From NCBI RefSeq assembly GCF_006345805.1, contig NC_043005.1:69812001-69876000 (forward strand): a stretch of DNA of 64,000 nucleotides, given 5' to 3'. Below, piece by piece: positions 12,039-25,124 of this stretch (position 1 is its first letter; each line of letters begins with the position of its first letter). The notes beneath the pieces were generated by a model. The model ran no database searches and was not told the origin of the DNA. It saw only the letters and a program-made list of their open reading frames with translations. The translations under genes and the position numbers were made by a program. Source of the DNA: Octopus sinensis. Lineage: Eukaryota.

Positions 12039-12128
12039 AGATTATTTTTCAATACATGCCGTATTTCTGGTATTCTGCTACGGAAACTAGCACCATATGT
12101 CATAAAGGTAATAAGACCTGTTCTAAAG
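12039..12128 (+). other. Candidate 90-nt internal exon (unconfirmed)
   Basis: Acceptor CTACTCTTCAG| and consensus donor AAG|GTGAGT. Length is divisible by 3 and two frames are open: IIFQYMPYFWYSATETSTICHKGNKTCSK or RLFFNTCRISGILLRKLAPYVIKVIRPVLK. No recognised homology. Confidence 0.25.
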
Positions 12129-13984
12129 GTGAGTATTTTTTCTCAGTAATGTATGGAAATCATAAAAATCCTGTATAAATGAATATTAAATTGACTGCTT
12201 AATTATCTATTTTGTTTCTTATAATCCTAACATTGCACTCAGGACGTGTATCATAATGCTAAATCTAAAGATACTGGAAGTAATTCAGTTAGCATGGAAA
12301 GAAAAACTAGTCGTTTTAACAGTTACTCTATACGTACTAATGGGCTGAGTAGTGTTACACGTTTCGTATGATATCATCTTCCATGTAATATGCAAACAAA
12401 ATCCCATTCAACTTAATATTTATTCTCTGGACTTGTTCAAAATTTACGCAGCAATTGAAATACTACCAAATATAAGCAAATGTCTGTGTATTTGTGAATA
12501 TTGCGCGCGCGCATGTGTATGTGTGTGCGCGCGCGCGCGTGTGAGTATTACTCGCATAACTCGATATGATTTTAGATAAATATTCTTCCTATTCTTTTTT
12601 TATTATTTCATTAAGCTTCATTATAAATTCCCTAATTATTAATTTTGAACTGTGTGTGATTTTAAAATGGAAATGTAGCTTTCTAGACTTATACTATATT
12701 TGTATCATCATTTAACATTTCAAGAATATTGCTTTGTAATTAAATATGGAGTTTATATATGGCGTACATGAACGTTATGCTAATTATGTAGCGTTGTAAA
12801 TTATATATTGAGCGGCGGTACAGTATAACTGAATTTCAATCATCTTCCATTTGATGACTTTTCGATGCTTTTTTTGTCGAGGTGGTATTTTCCTGCAATA
12901 TTTGCATTAAAGCGAGTTTATTTCAGTGTTTTGTAACACTATATGCAATAATCATATCTGTCTAATTTCGGATTGAATATGATTAGTTAGGCATTCTCTT
13001 TCTTCCCGGATATGGAGGCATAATCTATGGTGTTGCTATCTTTTACACAGCTAGTTTTTTTTCATTGCTACCTGTATATTACTTCATGCATTAAATATTA
13101 TGATATCCATTTGATTCGGTTTCTCAAACAGAAGGCGTCAGCTTTCCCCAAATTTCTATTTTTGTACCTCAACTATATTACCCTGTATGCTTCATCTCCT
13201 ACAATTTCCGCACGGCGCAACTAAATTGCATTTTATTGATAAAAAAAAAGAATAAAATAAAACATGAGCATGTCTACATATATCTACTATATTTGCCATA
13301 CAAAAAATACAATCCAATAATAATCACCATATAATATTTTTCCCATCAAAGTTTCTATTCTATAAGTATTATATAAACTGCCACCACTCACTCCATTGGC
13401 TTTTCAATGCCTACCTTTAGGTACTGTTTCTCATTGATCTATGTGGGAAGCATCTCGTGTAGCATTCTATAACCCAGCTGCACATCACTAAAAGATACAA
13501 GTAAACCAAAGTTCTATATAACGACATTCTGCGTAATGGCGTTTTAACAAGCTTTCAACAATGCGAAAATAAACAATGAGATTTAATGAATTTCAAATAG
13601 TGCATCTATTTGAATTGATAGATGAGTGATTAAATTCACGAAATATATTAAATTCATTATTGTTAATATTTGCTTTAGTTTATTCAGTTATATTTAGAAG
13701 TTGTAATGTTCGTCTTTGGCCATTTACAGTGAGGTGTATGTAATTATCAATGTATACTTCCATGCAAATATATAATGTCAGACGAAAATATTTACAGTGA
13801 TATCCAATAGATAACTGATATTCTAGAATGTGAATTGAAGTTTAATTTCCTAAGTAGTTAGCAGAAAGAGACAGAAAAGTGTGTCCTGCGGTTTCAACTC
13901 TACATCTATTTTCGAGTTTACGCAAATATTTGTAGTTGGTTGGGAAGGTAGTTTGTCATTCACACACACACACACATATACATA

Positions 13985-14200
13985 CGACAAGGTGTTGATA
14001 AGTTCCCGGCTTGATGGTATCGCGAAAGAGCTGGCTGAAGGACCAAATTTCCAAGTTCTTATCCAGGCCTAAGAGAACCTGAAGAAACGCTTCCATAAGT
14101 GTGTGAATCTGAGAGGGGAATATGTTGAATAAGATCGTAATAAACTGATCCACCTGTATTTCTTGAAACCCGAACCCAGGCGCATTTCAGCTCTGCATCG
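13985..14200 (+). mobile_element. Internally deleted mariner relic
   Basis: TA at both ends. Retains the transposase C-terminus ENLKKRFHKCVNLRGEYVE* (mariner consensus L..RW.KC....G.Y.E). The terminal repeats are degenerate. Confidence 0.7.
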
Positions 14201-15032
14201 TATATACGTTATTGCACAGATGCAATAGAGTAATTTCGAGAATCGTTTTGCAACCCAGAACAATTCTTACTGTTATTTACATTGAAAATAATATGTAATT
14301 CAACCCGGTACCTAAGACTGAAAACTGAGCGTGACATCAAAATTGATTATATACTTGAAATATTCTTTAATTATGTTTTAACTTATTTTGCTGAGTTCAT
14401 TTTATATTCATATTTAAGGACACACCCCAGCATAATACTTTGTTGTATATTCTTTATTAATTACGATTACATAGTATATTATTTGACTATTCTTCTATTA
14501 ACTGCATTGCTTATTACTTTTGATTTTAGACACATGGTTTAGGAAAGAAATAAATGGGTTGTAATTTGTGGAATAGTACTAACGGCAAGTATAAAGTATT
14601 CAAAGTTGCGTTAGTAACTTTGGTTTAGAGAAAGAATTAGTGTAGAACTATCTGTAAAAGGATTGACTACTCTCTCTATTTTGATTTCCTGTTTAAGACT
14701 TCAGGTAACATGGCGATGCATACATATTTATGTGAGAAATATCTTTCATTTGAGCATTTGCTAAGTGTTTTCGTTTATATCCGTATATTTCTGGTCTTCT
14801 ACTGATAAATATTTACTGATAAAAGAAAGGTTATATTATCTTAAGTATATATTTCACTACATATATACACATACATTCATTGATATTTCACTAATGCTCA
14901 CAGCTCCAAAGATATATATATAGGTTCAGCAAAAATTTAGATTAAGTTGAATATGTTACTTAAGTTAAAAGCACCAGGATTTGGTATGGTATTATCCTAT
15001 ATAATTCAAAATGGGATGATTATAATCAAAAT

Positions 15033-15069
<37 letters not shown>

Positions 15070-15214
15070 ACAAACTAACTTCCCAACCAACTACAAATAT
15101 ATATATATATATAGAGAGAGAGAGATAGATGGATAGATAGATAGGTATATAGAGAGATATTTATGTATACATATATATATATATATGCATACACACATAT
15201 ATATATATTTACAT

Positions 15215-15254
<40 letters not shown>

Positions 15255-15261
<7 letters not shown>

Positions 15262-15650
15262 CTTTTTTATTTTTCCTCTTTTACTTGTATCAGACAGTAG
15301 ACTGCGGCTTTGTTGAGGCACGGCCTTCAATGACTCGAAACCCGTACTGCTGTTTCAAGCGTGTTGATTATTCCTTTGATCACTTCTGCCGAATCTCTAG
15401 GTTGTAAGGATGCAAACTCACCAACACCTTTTGTCAGTCGTTGGTGGGTAAACACATAGACACAATGACACACACAAGCACATACATATTTATACGACGG
15501 GCTTCTTTCAGTTTCCGTCTACGAAATTCTCTCATGGCTTTGGTCGGCTGGAGGATATAAGAGAAGACACTTCCTCAAGGGGACATGCAAGGGTATTGGA
15601 CCCGGAACCATGTTGTTGGGAAGCAAGATTCTCACAATACAGCCACACGT
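15255..15650 (-). mobile_element. tRNA-derived SINE with internal microsatellite (family of 61198)
   Basis: TATACGACGGGCTTCTTTCAGTTTCCGTCTAC...CCCGGAACCATGTTGTTGGGAAGCAAG is shared with 26331 and 61198. Confidence 0.85.
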
Positions 15651-17899
15651 AAGTGAGTAAACAAATAAAAAAAAACATTGTCGTATAAAACTCAGCAAAG
15701 TTTGAAGGAGGTGCATATACTTTTAATAACAACTTAACTGTACTTCATATACTTAAAGTTTTGCACACCTCTGGGATACAAGCATCTCGTCAGTTGCTTC
15801 GAGAAGAAAAAGTGTTTTGAAAGAAATTCAATTGCTTTTAGGTCTAGGCTCCAATTATCCAGATGGAGTCACGATGTAGAAATGCTATTAGGGAGACACC
15901 TTTTTTTCTAAACCAATGCGTTAGGATACAATATAAGCAGTTTGAGGCACTTTGCTTTCAATGACATTGACCTCTCACTAAAGTGACCCCAGCACTAACA
16001 AGGTGCCCAATCACAGCATATCCATTCAGCGAATAGTTGCTGAGATTGTTAGCTTTTGTACGCTTAAAAATGAAAATCAAAATATTTTGGCCTTGTGCAT
16101 GGACGAAGATAAAGCAATCTCAGACTTATCTACGCACAAGTTAAAAAACAGTGTATATAAATTTCTTCGAAGATTTCGGCTGAAATGTTTCCAATAAAAT
16201 CATGGAAAACCTTGAGCGAAGTATGTCATAAACAACCCTACATCCTAATAATGGAAACTTTGGAATACCAACCACCCCCAGATGAAGTGAGAATCATACC
16301 GGCATGATATATGAAATATTGGTGATATACCCAAATCGAAAGAAATGGAACATATATAACAGCTGGCAAGTTGAATGATCGCTTAGAAGTTAATGGACAA
16401 CTACATTTCACTTCACAAACTGGAGTGGAATTCTGGAAGTGAAACATTAATCTAGTTCAATCCTCGATAACGATATGCTTACCAAGATGTTTTGTGACCA
16501 AAATTGAAGACTTTTACAAATAAATTGTAAACATTTTGATGCACATAAGAACAAATTTGGCTAGTGATATTTTGACAATATTACTTCCACACTTGAACGC
16601 TGCAATACAGAAAATACGTACATACAGTCTCAAAACTCTACACCGAAACCTAAAAGCCAAAATCCTGAAAAAAGTTTATTAGAGTTTGCGCTCCACAATA
16701 TAACTCTTACACTATCCGATGGCATCATTGGTTAGTAAACATCATATTTACAGACATGCATGCAGCGGCAGCACTCCTCTATGTGTAGTGACAGAGAAAT
16801 GTGTAATCAAATACGCGTTTCTACTGATGCTCCGGGTAAGGAGGAGATGACATGCATCTAGGTTTGACAATCGTTTGGTTCGTCAGAAACTGCATATATT
16901 GCAAAAGCCTGCTCTATTCATCAACATGCAATTCATCAAAAGCAATTCTGCTGCAATTGACCTTCACAGAACTGAGAACTATAAAACATCTGCTTTCCAT
17001 ACTAAGATTATATCTTCCGTTTGCAATCAGCGTGGCTTAAAGAACACATTTAAAATCTATCCACATAGTTAATCTTGAGATGACAATTTTATGTAAACTA
17101 ACATACCCCAAAATTATCTTGTCAAATATTACGTCTGAAAAAGTTGGTGCAAGAAGCTCAAATGCTACCAACACTGACATACATTGGAGGTACTAGAATG
17201 ACGTCAGGCAAGACAGATAGAGAACCAACATTTTCAATGTTACTGGAAGTTTTCTTCAGAGCATGAAGTGATTATTGGAAACCGATATTTTAGCACCAAC
17301 AATCGATTTTAATATTCTAAAGAATATTTGTCTTGAAATTCCGTATCGCAATTAACGTGGCCATATATTTGTGTCAAAATAATGTGGATTTCCGTGAGTT
17401 CTGTAGTAAATGTTGGCTGATATACTCAATGAGTTCAATATATCGTGGCTGTGAAGAGTGTCTCGTTCAGAAGGAAAAAGAATATATTAATTACATTACA
17501 GGACAGAATTTAATCAAGTGTATGAAATCGGATCTGTTTATTTATACCTTCATTAGCAATGGCAGATCGTCCCAATTCTTTCTTCAATGAGTATGGAATA
17601 CAAGCACTCACATTAACACACGCACACACAGACACAAACAGACACACACTAGTATTTCTCTTTTATCATCTCTTTATTCCTTTATTTCTGTCCTCTATGT
17701 CATCATTTCATTTATCTATGTCCTCGTTTTCCCTGTTTATGTCCGATCACGGTATATCTCATATTCTCTCATATCCCAGAATCAGCTGTATTACTTTGAG
17801 TTTTTTTCAAATACTATTAATGTATGTGACTTGAGATGTTTGCCTTGCTTTAGAGTTTGTTGTCCTCTTTAGTAATTATATATATATACATATATATAA

Positions 17900-19670
17900 A
17901 ATGTAAACTGCTTTAGCGGTTATAGTAACCGACTAAGGGATAAAGCATCCGTATATACTATCGGTATCTGTTATCTGTATTATCCCAAGGCAATAGTGTG
18001 CAGGCGCACCCTACACGTAGAGTGCTAATAACAACAGGATAAGCAAGTGTTTATAAGGAACCAATGCAAATAATTAGAAAATGGAGAAAAATCACAGATC
18101 AACCAACACCTCGGTTGGACCACATTTATAGCTTATTTTTAATACAAAGCATGACATAATTAAATTAGGTGACGTAACATATATTACGGCCGTTACTGAT
18201 CGGATTGCCAAAATGCAATCTATACATAAATGAGAGAATAAAATTCTTCATCTCCATAGGGCATTCACAGAAAGCATAGCTTAGACAAGTAATCTAGAAT
18301 TCCAAAATGCTAAAACAATATAATTATTTACCATCAGGACTACAGGTTCGGTAGGTAAAAGAGTGAGCTAGTAAATGTCTTAGGGAATATTGCAATTTAT
18401 TAACGGGTAGATGCAATTTTTAGGGGTGGGGTTATTGATTTTAAATAATGAAGTTATCAAGAAATTGTATATAAGGGAAATACTAACATGCTTATCAAAT
18501 AGGAGTACCTATGCTAACGGAGTAAACTCAAGTAAAAGTAAACAATTATCGTAGGGAGCTAAAGAAAAAAATTACTCACAGTAATTAAATACCGAGAATC
18601 CCACTTTTGATCCACAATGAGGTACGTCTAAGTCTTGCGGTCTCCACAATTGGTCAGTTGCAATTCGAACCGGTGTCACAAGTTAAAACAGTTATAAATT
18701 ATTTGTTTATGATATAAACAAGAAAAGAAAAAAAGAAAAAAAGATACGGGGGAATAAGTCAGTGCATACATATTGAGGGCATTTTGTGTCCTTCGGCATC
18801 TTAACGTTATAACGTGTATGAGGGTAGAATTTAGGAGTCTGCAGGTTAGTGGTTAAGGGGGAGCAAATTGCACTGGTAATTTAGCGGTTAGATGAACACT
18901 GCAAGTGAATGAAATTGGGCTAAACCTCGTATATAGCGCGTTGTAGTAATAATTGGGTATATACAGGTATGTCAGCAAAATTCATCCTGTAGGTGCTCTG
19001 CAATGCACAAATAAAAGGGCATTTATAATTAGCCGGATAATATATAAGGCCAAGTCACATGCTGAAATAATATCAAATGATGAAACTCCCTAGTTATCAG
19101 CAATGTCCTAAGTGAGCTTCACAAACATTAAATAGCCATTATATGTAATGTTTATGAAGTTCCTATTATTATTAGTTCCTATTATATATAAACCAATTAA
19201 AAAAGAATATAATGGCTCTAATGGATTCAATTAATGCCGGATCCCCAGGCAAATTGGTACCATGAGTTACCTTGAATCAAGTAATTAACTAAATATACAT
19301 AGAAGGCAAAAACAAATCCCATAAGAGAAATACTAATTGAAGCTAATCATTAAAATTCTAAGCAAAGGTATATTAACTCCAAGTGGGTGAAAAAAAATAC
19401 TTGTGGGCGTAGAGTACAATTAAGTAAAGAAAATATAAAGCATATAATAAAAATAAAAATAAAATGAAAAGGATGAAAAATCAAAGATGGGGGAAATATT
19501 GTTCACATGTATGTAGGGTTAATAATGTGGTAGAAAACCTAAGGTCTTTTCAGTTCTGGGATCGGTTATGGTAGAAATAAAAGGCATATTACAAAGGGTT
19601 AAGTGATGATGAAGTGGGGGAAACGTTAGTTGATGTAAGGAATAGGTAATAGATATGGGTGGAGGGCTAT
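17900..19670. other. Probable decayed retroelement sequence, unassigned
   Basis: A 1.8-kb microsatellite-free block with fragmented reading frames lying directly next to the Penelope fragment at 20560-21370. No diagnostic motif recognised. Confidence 0.25.
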
Positions 19671-19678
19671 ATTTAAAA

Positions 19679-20071
19679 CTAGCAGTATCGCCCGGCGTTG
19701 CTCGGATTTGTAAGGGAAATAACTAAATAAGCATTTTTAGAGAGTTATAGCCAAAAGATAGCAAAAAATGCATCAAAAATGGAAAAAAATTATGGTAATT
19801 TTTTTTTAAATCATTGACTCATCGTAGACATTTTTAGACAGTTACTTCCCTTATATAATAGCGAAAAAATCCATTAAAATGAAAAAAATGATAGTGATTT
19901 TTTTTTAAATCGTAGACTCATCGTAGACGCGCGCTAATACCCAGAAGGGCTCGATATGAATCACGACTATAAAATACTCGCTTTTGGTTAAACTGCACCG
20001 CAAAATGTGGGAGTAGTTGGAAATCTAAATTGCAGGAGACAGACACACAACTTCACTTTTATATATAAAGA
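19679..20071 (-). mobile_element. Complete non-autonomous Helitron, subfamily 1 (393 bp)
   Basis: Minus strand: A|TCTTTATATATAAAAG ... CCGAGCAACGCCGGG hairpin ... ATACTGCTAG|T. It has a 5' TC, 3' CTAG, subterminal hairpin, an AT target and no TSD. Confidence 0.9.
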
Positions 20072-20559
20072 TTTATGGGAGTTGGTTATTTTACTACCAA
20101 CAAGAGCCACGGTTAATCCTAACAAGTTGGACTATGAAAAGAGTAAGATGTATAACCTGTATTAATCTATTAGGAGCTACTATTTATTTGCTGAGGTACT
20201 ATTAAATCTATTTATTTGCTGAGGTACTATTATGGGGTAGTAAGTATATGTAAGAAATAGGTAATAGAAATGGGCGGGCAGTAACATTTAAGACTTAGGA
20301 AAAATGAAAGAGGATTTTTTTTTAGTTATTTGACTACCAAGAGGAGCCACGATATAAGATATAAGGTGGTCCCAAAAGTTCGTAGAAAGTCTTGGAAAAT
20401 AATGGTCTTTATTTTGAGAAATAATTTTTGTTGTTTTTGTTAGTACTTGGCGAGTAAAAATTCAATTTTCGCAAGTGTTTACGAACTTTTGGGAAAAGCT
20501 AATATATAACGTACAATAAAGATGTAACGTAAAATAAAGACATATAACGTACAATAAAC

Positions 20560-21370
20560 TACCAGGTGCTACTAATTATATGCTGTGGGGCTATAAGTAC
20601 GGTTATGGTATAGTAAAAGTATTTCTAGTGTTATTTATATCTGCAAGTTACACTTCGCTCACCTCTCAATTTCACTAACGGAATTCGTGCTGATGAAATT
20701 TTAAAAAAATCATTTTTTTCATTAAATGAAGGTGTAGTAGCGAGGATCTCCCAATTTTATCTGAAGTCGCTGTTGCTCTCTTTGAGCTCCCAAATGTACT
20801 TGCTTAAATCAGCCGAGTTAATTAAGTTTATGTTCCTAAAATAATGTTGGTGCATGGCAAGTCTTCGTTTTATTTCATTTTAGGTTGCTCCAATATAACT
20901 CAATTTACTAGACGTTGCTGTGACTGTGCATTGATAAATATCATCCTTTATTCTACAGGTGTTACCGAAGGCACAATTATTCGTGTTCCTGGAGTCACTT
21001 AGGTTATTCTATGTGTGTGTGTGGGGGGGGGAGCTTCTTTCTAGTGGGGTAGGATTAGGTCTATTGAGGTTAAAGTGGTTATTTTGGTTCTGAGAGTATT
21101 CTGCACTAAGTTTAGTACAGTGTTTATTATTTTTTTTCTACTAATACCACCGACGGTACTATTATTGTTACTATTTGAGTGGAAAGTATCTATTTTTTTT
21201 ATTATTCAGGGAGGATATTATTCCCCCAAAATTATGTGTAAAGTTACAACCTATCCTTACTGTACTATTATTTATAAGATAAGAATACCTATTATTCTTA
21301 TCAAAGTGGCTATTTACGACATTCAGTAATCGTTTAGCTAAGTTCGTGTCTGTGTGGAAAAAAAAAATCA
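20560..21370 (-). mobile_element. Penelope-like element relic: linker and GIY-YIG endonuclease
   Basis: FHTDTNLAKRLLNVVNSHFDKNNRYSYLINNSTVRIGCNFTHNFGGIISSLNNKKI, then NNCAFGNTCRIKDDIYQCTVTATSSKLSYIGAT*NEIKRRLAMHQHYFRNINLINSADLSKYIWELKE. This is the typical PLE CxC...VY...YIG...R...H...LSKYIW layout, with in-frame stops. Confidence 0.85.
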
Positions 21371-21589
21371 GGTATGATATTTATAATTGAATAGTTTTTT
21401 GTGAACAATCATAGATGCTAGCGGGATCCGTGAATAGTCCATGAAATTAATAGTAAACATATTGGGTTATACCTGTGTAAAAAATCTTTAAATTGTAGCC
21501 TGTGTTGTGTCTGTAGCAAGAGATAATCACTCATCTGCTATTCATTTACAAGTGAAGGAAATTGGAATACGATGGTTACTTAATACACA

Positions 21590-21650
21590 GTACTCTTTTA
21601 CTTGTTTCAGTCATTTGACTGTGGCCATGCTGGAGCATCGCATGGCCCTC
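21590..21650 (-). mobile_element. SINE 3' tail fragment (family of 61198)
   Basis: TACTCTTTTACTTGTTTCAGTCATTTGACTGTGGCCATGCTGGAGCA matches 26331 and 61198. Confidence 0.8.
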
Positions 21651-21702
21651 CACACACACACACACACACATACACACACACAAACACACACACACAAACA
21701 CA

Positions 21703-21795
<93 letters not shown>

Positions 21796-22109
21796 GTATA
21801 TATATGTATATAATATTTGTATTATTTCTGCTTTTTACATATTTATGTATAAGCAACGGGTACCTAATTTTCGTTCGGAAAGACCACAACTGAAAAAGAC
21901 AAGGAACATTCATCATTGACTATAATATAGATAAGTGCATCAATGTATTTATATCAAAATGGACTACGAAAATAGCGTGAAATGTAAAATCAATATTATT
22001 CGTAATTAGCATGAGTTTAATACACGATTGCCATCAAAATAAGATATCGAAAGATTTATCAAAATACAATGTAGTAGTCGTGCCGTGACGTACTCCAAAT
22101 GTCTTGTCA

Positions 22110-22420
22110 GTTCTTGTACTTTACTGCGCCACTATTGTAGACTCTTTCGCTGAACCGCTAAAGTACGTAGAAGTAAACACACCAATACAGGTTGCCAAGC
22201 GGTGGTGGTAGGGGTCAAACACAGACATAAATACACACACAGAAATACTTGACATACACGTACATATACATAACAGGATTTTTTTCCGCTTTCGTTTAAC
22301 AAACCTACCCACCACAAAGATTTGGTTATAGTGGAAGTCGCTTGCTCAATGTATTACGCATGGGACTGACCCCGGAAGCATATGGTCAGGAAGCAAACTT
22401 CTTACCCAACACTCATGTCT
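22110..22420 (-). mobile_element. SINE (family of 61198), diverged and partial
   Basis: GCTGAACCGCTAAG...GGTTGCCAAGCGGTGG...GGGACTGACCCCGGAAGCATATGGT...AGCAAACTTCTTACC matches the family. Confidence 0.7.
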
Positions 22421-22423
22421 ATA

Positions 22424-22990
22424 CGAGGTCTGATCAATAAATATCCGTACTGTTATCATAGTGACGAAGCTAAAGCACGCAGAGTGAAGTCGCTTGTCAA
22501 AGTTTGAGAACGTCATCTGCTGTGCATATGCATTCAGTGTTAACGTACTTGATCAAGTTTGCAATTTCCAGCAATACCGCTATATCCAGGAATTTGTCAT
22601 GACGCTAGCTACTCAGAAGCCTACGCAAAGTTGCAGAAAGTGTATGGAGAGGAGTGTGTGAGCCGCACAGATTTGTACGAGTGGTTCAGACATTTCCAAG
22701 ACGGTCGAAACATGTCGATATTGAAGAACGTTTTGGGAGACTCGCAACCAGCAGCACTGACAATAACACCGCAGACGTGCGTGCAGCAGTGAGGGGAAAT
22801 AATCGAATAACTATCCGTTGGTTATCAGAAGATGTGTAGATTAATTACGGTTAAGTTCAGTCCATTATCACTGCATGTCTGCCAAGTGTATGCCAAAACT
22901 GATTCTATCTGACCAAATTGACATTCGGATTTCGGTTGCACATGATCTCATTGATTGTGTCGAGAACGATGAAAACTTTTTCAAAAATTT
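22424..22990 (+). mobile_element. Mariner transposon relic: left TIR and N-terminal transposase
   Basis: Begins TA|CGAGGTCTGATCAATAAATATCCG. Translations SEAYAKLQKVYGEECVSRTDLYEWFRHFQDGR, DIEERFGRLATS, VRAAVRGNNRITIRWLSEDV and SAKCMPKLILSDQ...ENDENFFKN match the mariner HTH domain and the WVPH/RLL linker up to the catalytic domain. Frameshifted. Confidence 0.9.
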
Positions 22991-23323
22991 CAAAAATTTG
23001 CGTAGGTTTCTGAGCAATATTGCTTGCTGGCCACCAATATTATTGTTGTTATTATTCATTTTACTAATGATTATATATAATAATCCTAACGATATAAATA
23101 TTTTTGAACGTTTATTCATTATATGTGAACGATGAAAACTTTTTCAAAAATTTATATGAGAACGATGAAAACTTTTTCAAAAATTTCAAAAATTTGCGTA
23201 GGTTTCTGAGCAATATTGCTTGCTGGCCACCAATATTATTGTTGTTATTATTCATTTTACTAATGATTATATATAATAATCCTAACGATATAAATATTTT
23301 TGAACGTTTATTCATTATATGTG
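22962..23323 (+). repeat. 166-bp direct duplication (22962-23127, 23158-23323) with a 30-bp partial unit between
   Basis: The two units read identically by eye. The spacer AACGATGAAAACTTTTTCAAAAATTTATAT is a copy of the unit start. Confidence 0.95.
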
Positions 23324-23720
23324 TGGAAGGGAGGTGTTTGTGTGTGTATATTATACACACGCATAAAATGTCGTCAATGCTTAATCTGTTTTATTTAAAT
23401 TTTATTTTATTTGAAATAAGTAGCATTCATTTGAATATATCGATATTTCGATTTCAAGGTCAGTAGACATGGCTTGAAGGAATATTTACGATTGGAAGGA
23501 TATAAGCGTTGAATTCATGTTTTCGAAGACAACCATGGATAATTGCACATTGGTATATGCATAAAAGTCCTGGGGCAGAAATATGAGTCTAGCTGGAAAG
23601 AGAAACATATTGGCGAAGATAAAATAACTAGCGTGTTCTTCATGGAATAGAGCAATCACGCCCGTCAGCTACAGCAGCAGAAGCGGCAGAAATTTCCAGA
23701 CGTAAATGGATTGTCCAAAG

Positions 23721-23963
23721 ATAATTAATCCCTGTTATGCATGAAACTCAAGTATATCCCACCTCCGAGTGGTTAATTAAATAATTATTTTCTTTCGGCG
23801 CCTTGTTCGAGCGTTGTTATTGTATTTGCAAACGAATTAAAAGAACAGAGTTTGGAAATATAATAAGAACGCACTGTTGAGGCGCCGAGAGACAATAATT
23901 ATTTAATTAACAACTACGAGGCGGAATTGAGTTGAGTTTCGTGCATAACATGGATTTATTAGT
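23721..23963. mobile_element. Palindromic MITE-like element: ~110-bp arms, ~15-nt loop
   Basis: ATCCCTGTTATGCATGAAACTCAA...TTAATTAAATAATTATT.TCT.TCGGCGCC pairs with GGCGCCGAGAGACAATAATTATTTAATTAA...TTGAGTTTCGTGCATAACATGGAT. Confidence 0.75.
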
Positions 23964-24249
23964 ATTGAAGTATTCATTTGGTCAATAATTCAGCTGAGAT
24001 ACATAATGAACTGTGGGACTGCAGAAATGTTGCAATATAGAAAATGCAAATTGTCGGAATGAAAATTGGATCCGGGCGTCAAAGAATTAGACCAGATCCA
24101 CAACACAAATATTATTATTATACGAAACTAAACAATATGAATATTCATAACTAAAGGAGACAATTAAGAAAGAATCGAAAGAAAAAATGATCCGCACGAA
24201 TATTGAAAAACAAAAACTTAATTCAAAACTTGTAAACAGTTACAAAAAA

Positions 24250-24600
24250 CAGATTCCGTACAATAAACGTGAAGGTACATATATTGCATTGGATGGTCAG
24301 AACATATATGAAACTAGCAAGAATTCTTATGCGAAGTTGATGGAAGCAGATTGAGTAAAACCACGATAGACACGTGTATGATGCGGATTGATATATCGAT
24401 AATGATGACAACGGTAACAATGTGGAAACCGTGGATTAGGGGGAAAATATCAGGAATGATAAAAAGGAAACAGATTAGAACAGAACAGAATAAGAAAGTA
24501 AACCAAGTAATAAATCCTGGAAGATTGAAACAAAACAATACAGAGTTTCTACATAAAAGTGAACAATGGAATGCAAGCTAAAAAATCTAGCCTGAAGCAA
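24250..24600 (+). mobile_element. Possible RTE-type LINE endonuclease-end relic
   Basis: Weak resemblance of KNSYAKLMEAD... to the end of an AP-endonuclease domain; many stops. Confidence 0.2.
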
Positions 24601-25124
24601 ATGATATATGTAGAGAATTACATCTGAAATATTCGAGGATAAAACAGAGTTAGAGATATATAGCCGAAAGGCATCTCTAAATTTTGCTGAAGAATGTACA
24701 GAAACTCATTCGACCAAAGATACTCATTCAATGCTCAGAAACGCATTCAATATCAAAGCCTAAAATAGTTTAAATTCTTAGATTGAGGCATAAGATGGTA
24801 TTTCAATTTTCGTTGCAAAGGTTCAATAATTAGCCAAAACTTTGTTTATGTAAAATATATGGGAACGAGCAGTACTTAACAGGTAGCAAATATACAATCT
24901 ATGGAGAGTGTGACGTGATAACATGACTACGGTTAGTTCAAGAAAAACCGGATACACTGAGGAAGTTGGGGAGATCATGATTGGTTAATGATTTTTGTTT
25001 GCTAAACCTACAACTTTTGAATTTACAGAGAAAGAAACAGAAGGAAACATACAATAACAGCATTGGAGGAATATGTAAAGAAAGACAGAAAAAAGAATGA
25101 ACAGAAACATAAGCAATTTTATTA

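Noticed and set aside
13415-13487. Minus-strand segment with strong acceptor and donor
   Set aside because: Stops in all three frames.
16483-16599. Minus-strand 117-nt exon candidate
   Set aside because: On careful translation all three frames contain stops.
22962-23323. CRISPR-like repeat-spacer reading of the direct repeats
   Set aside because: Only two long units, no unique spacers, eukaryotic context and no cas genes.
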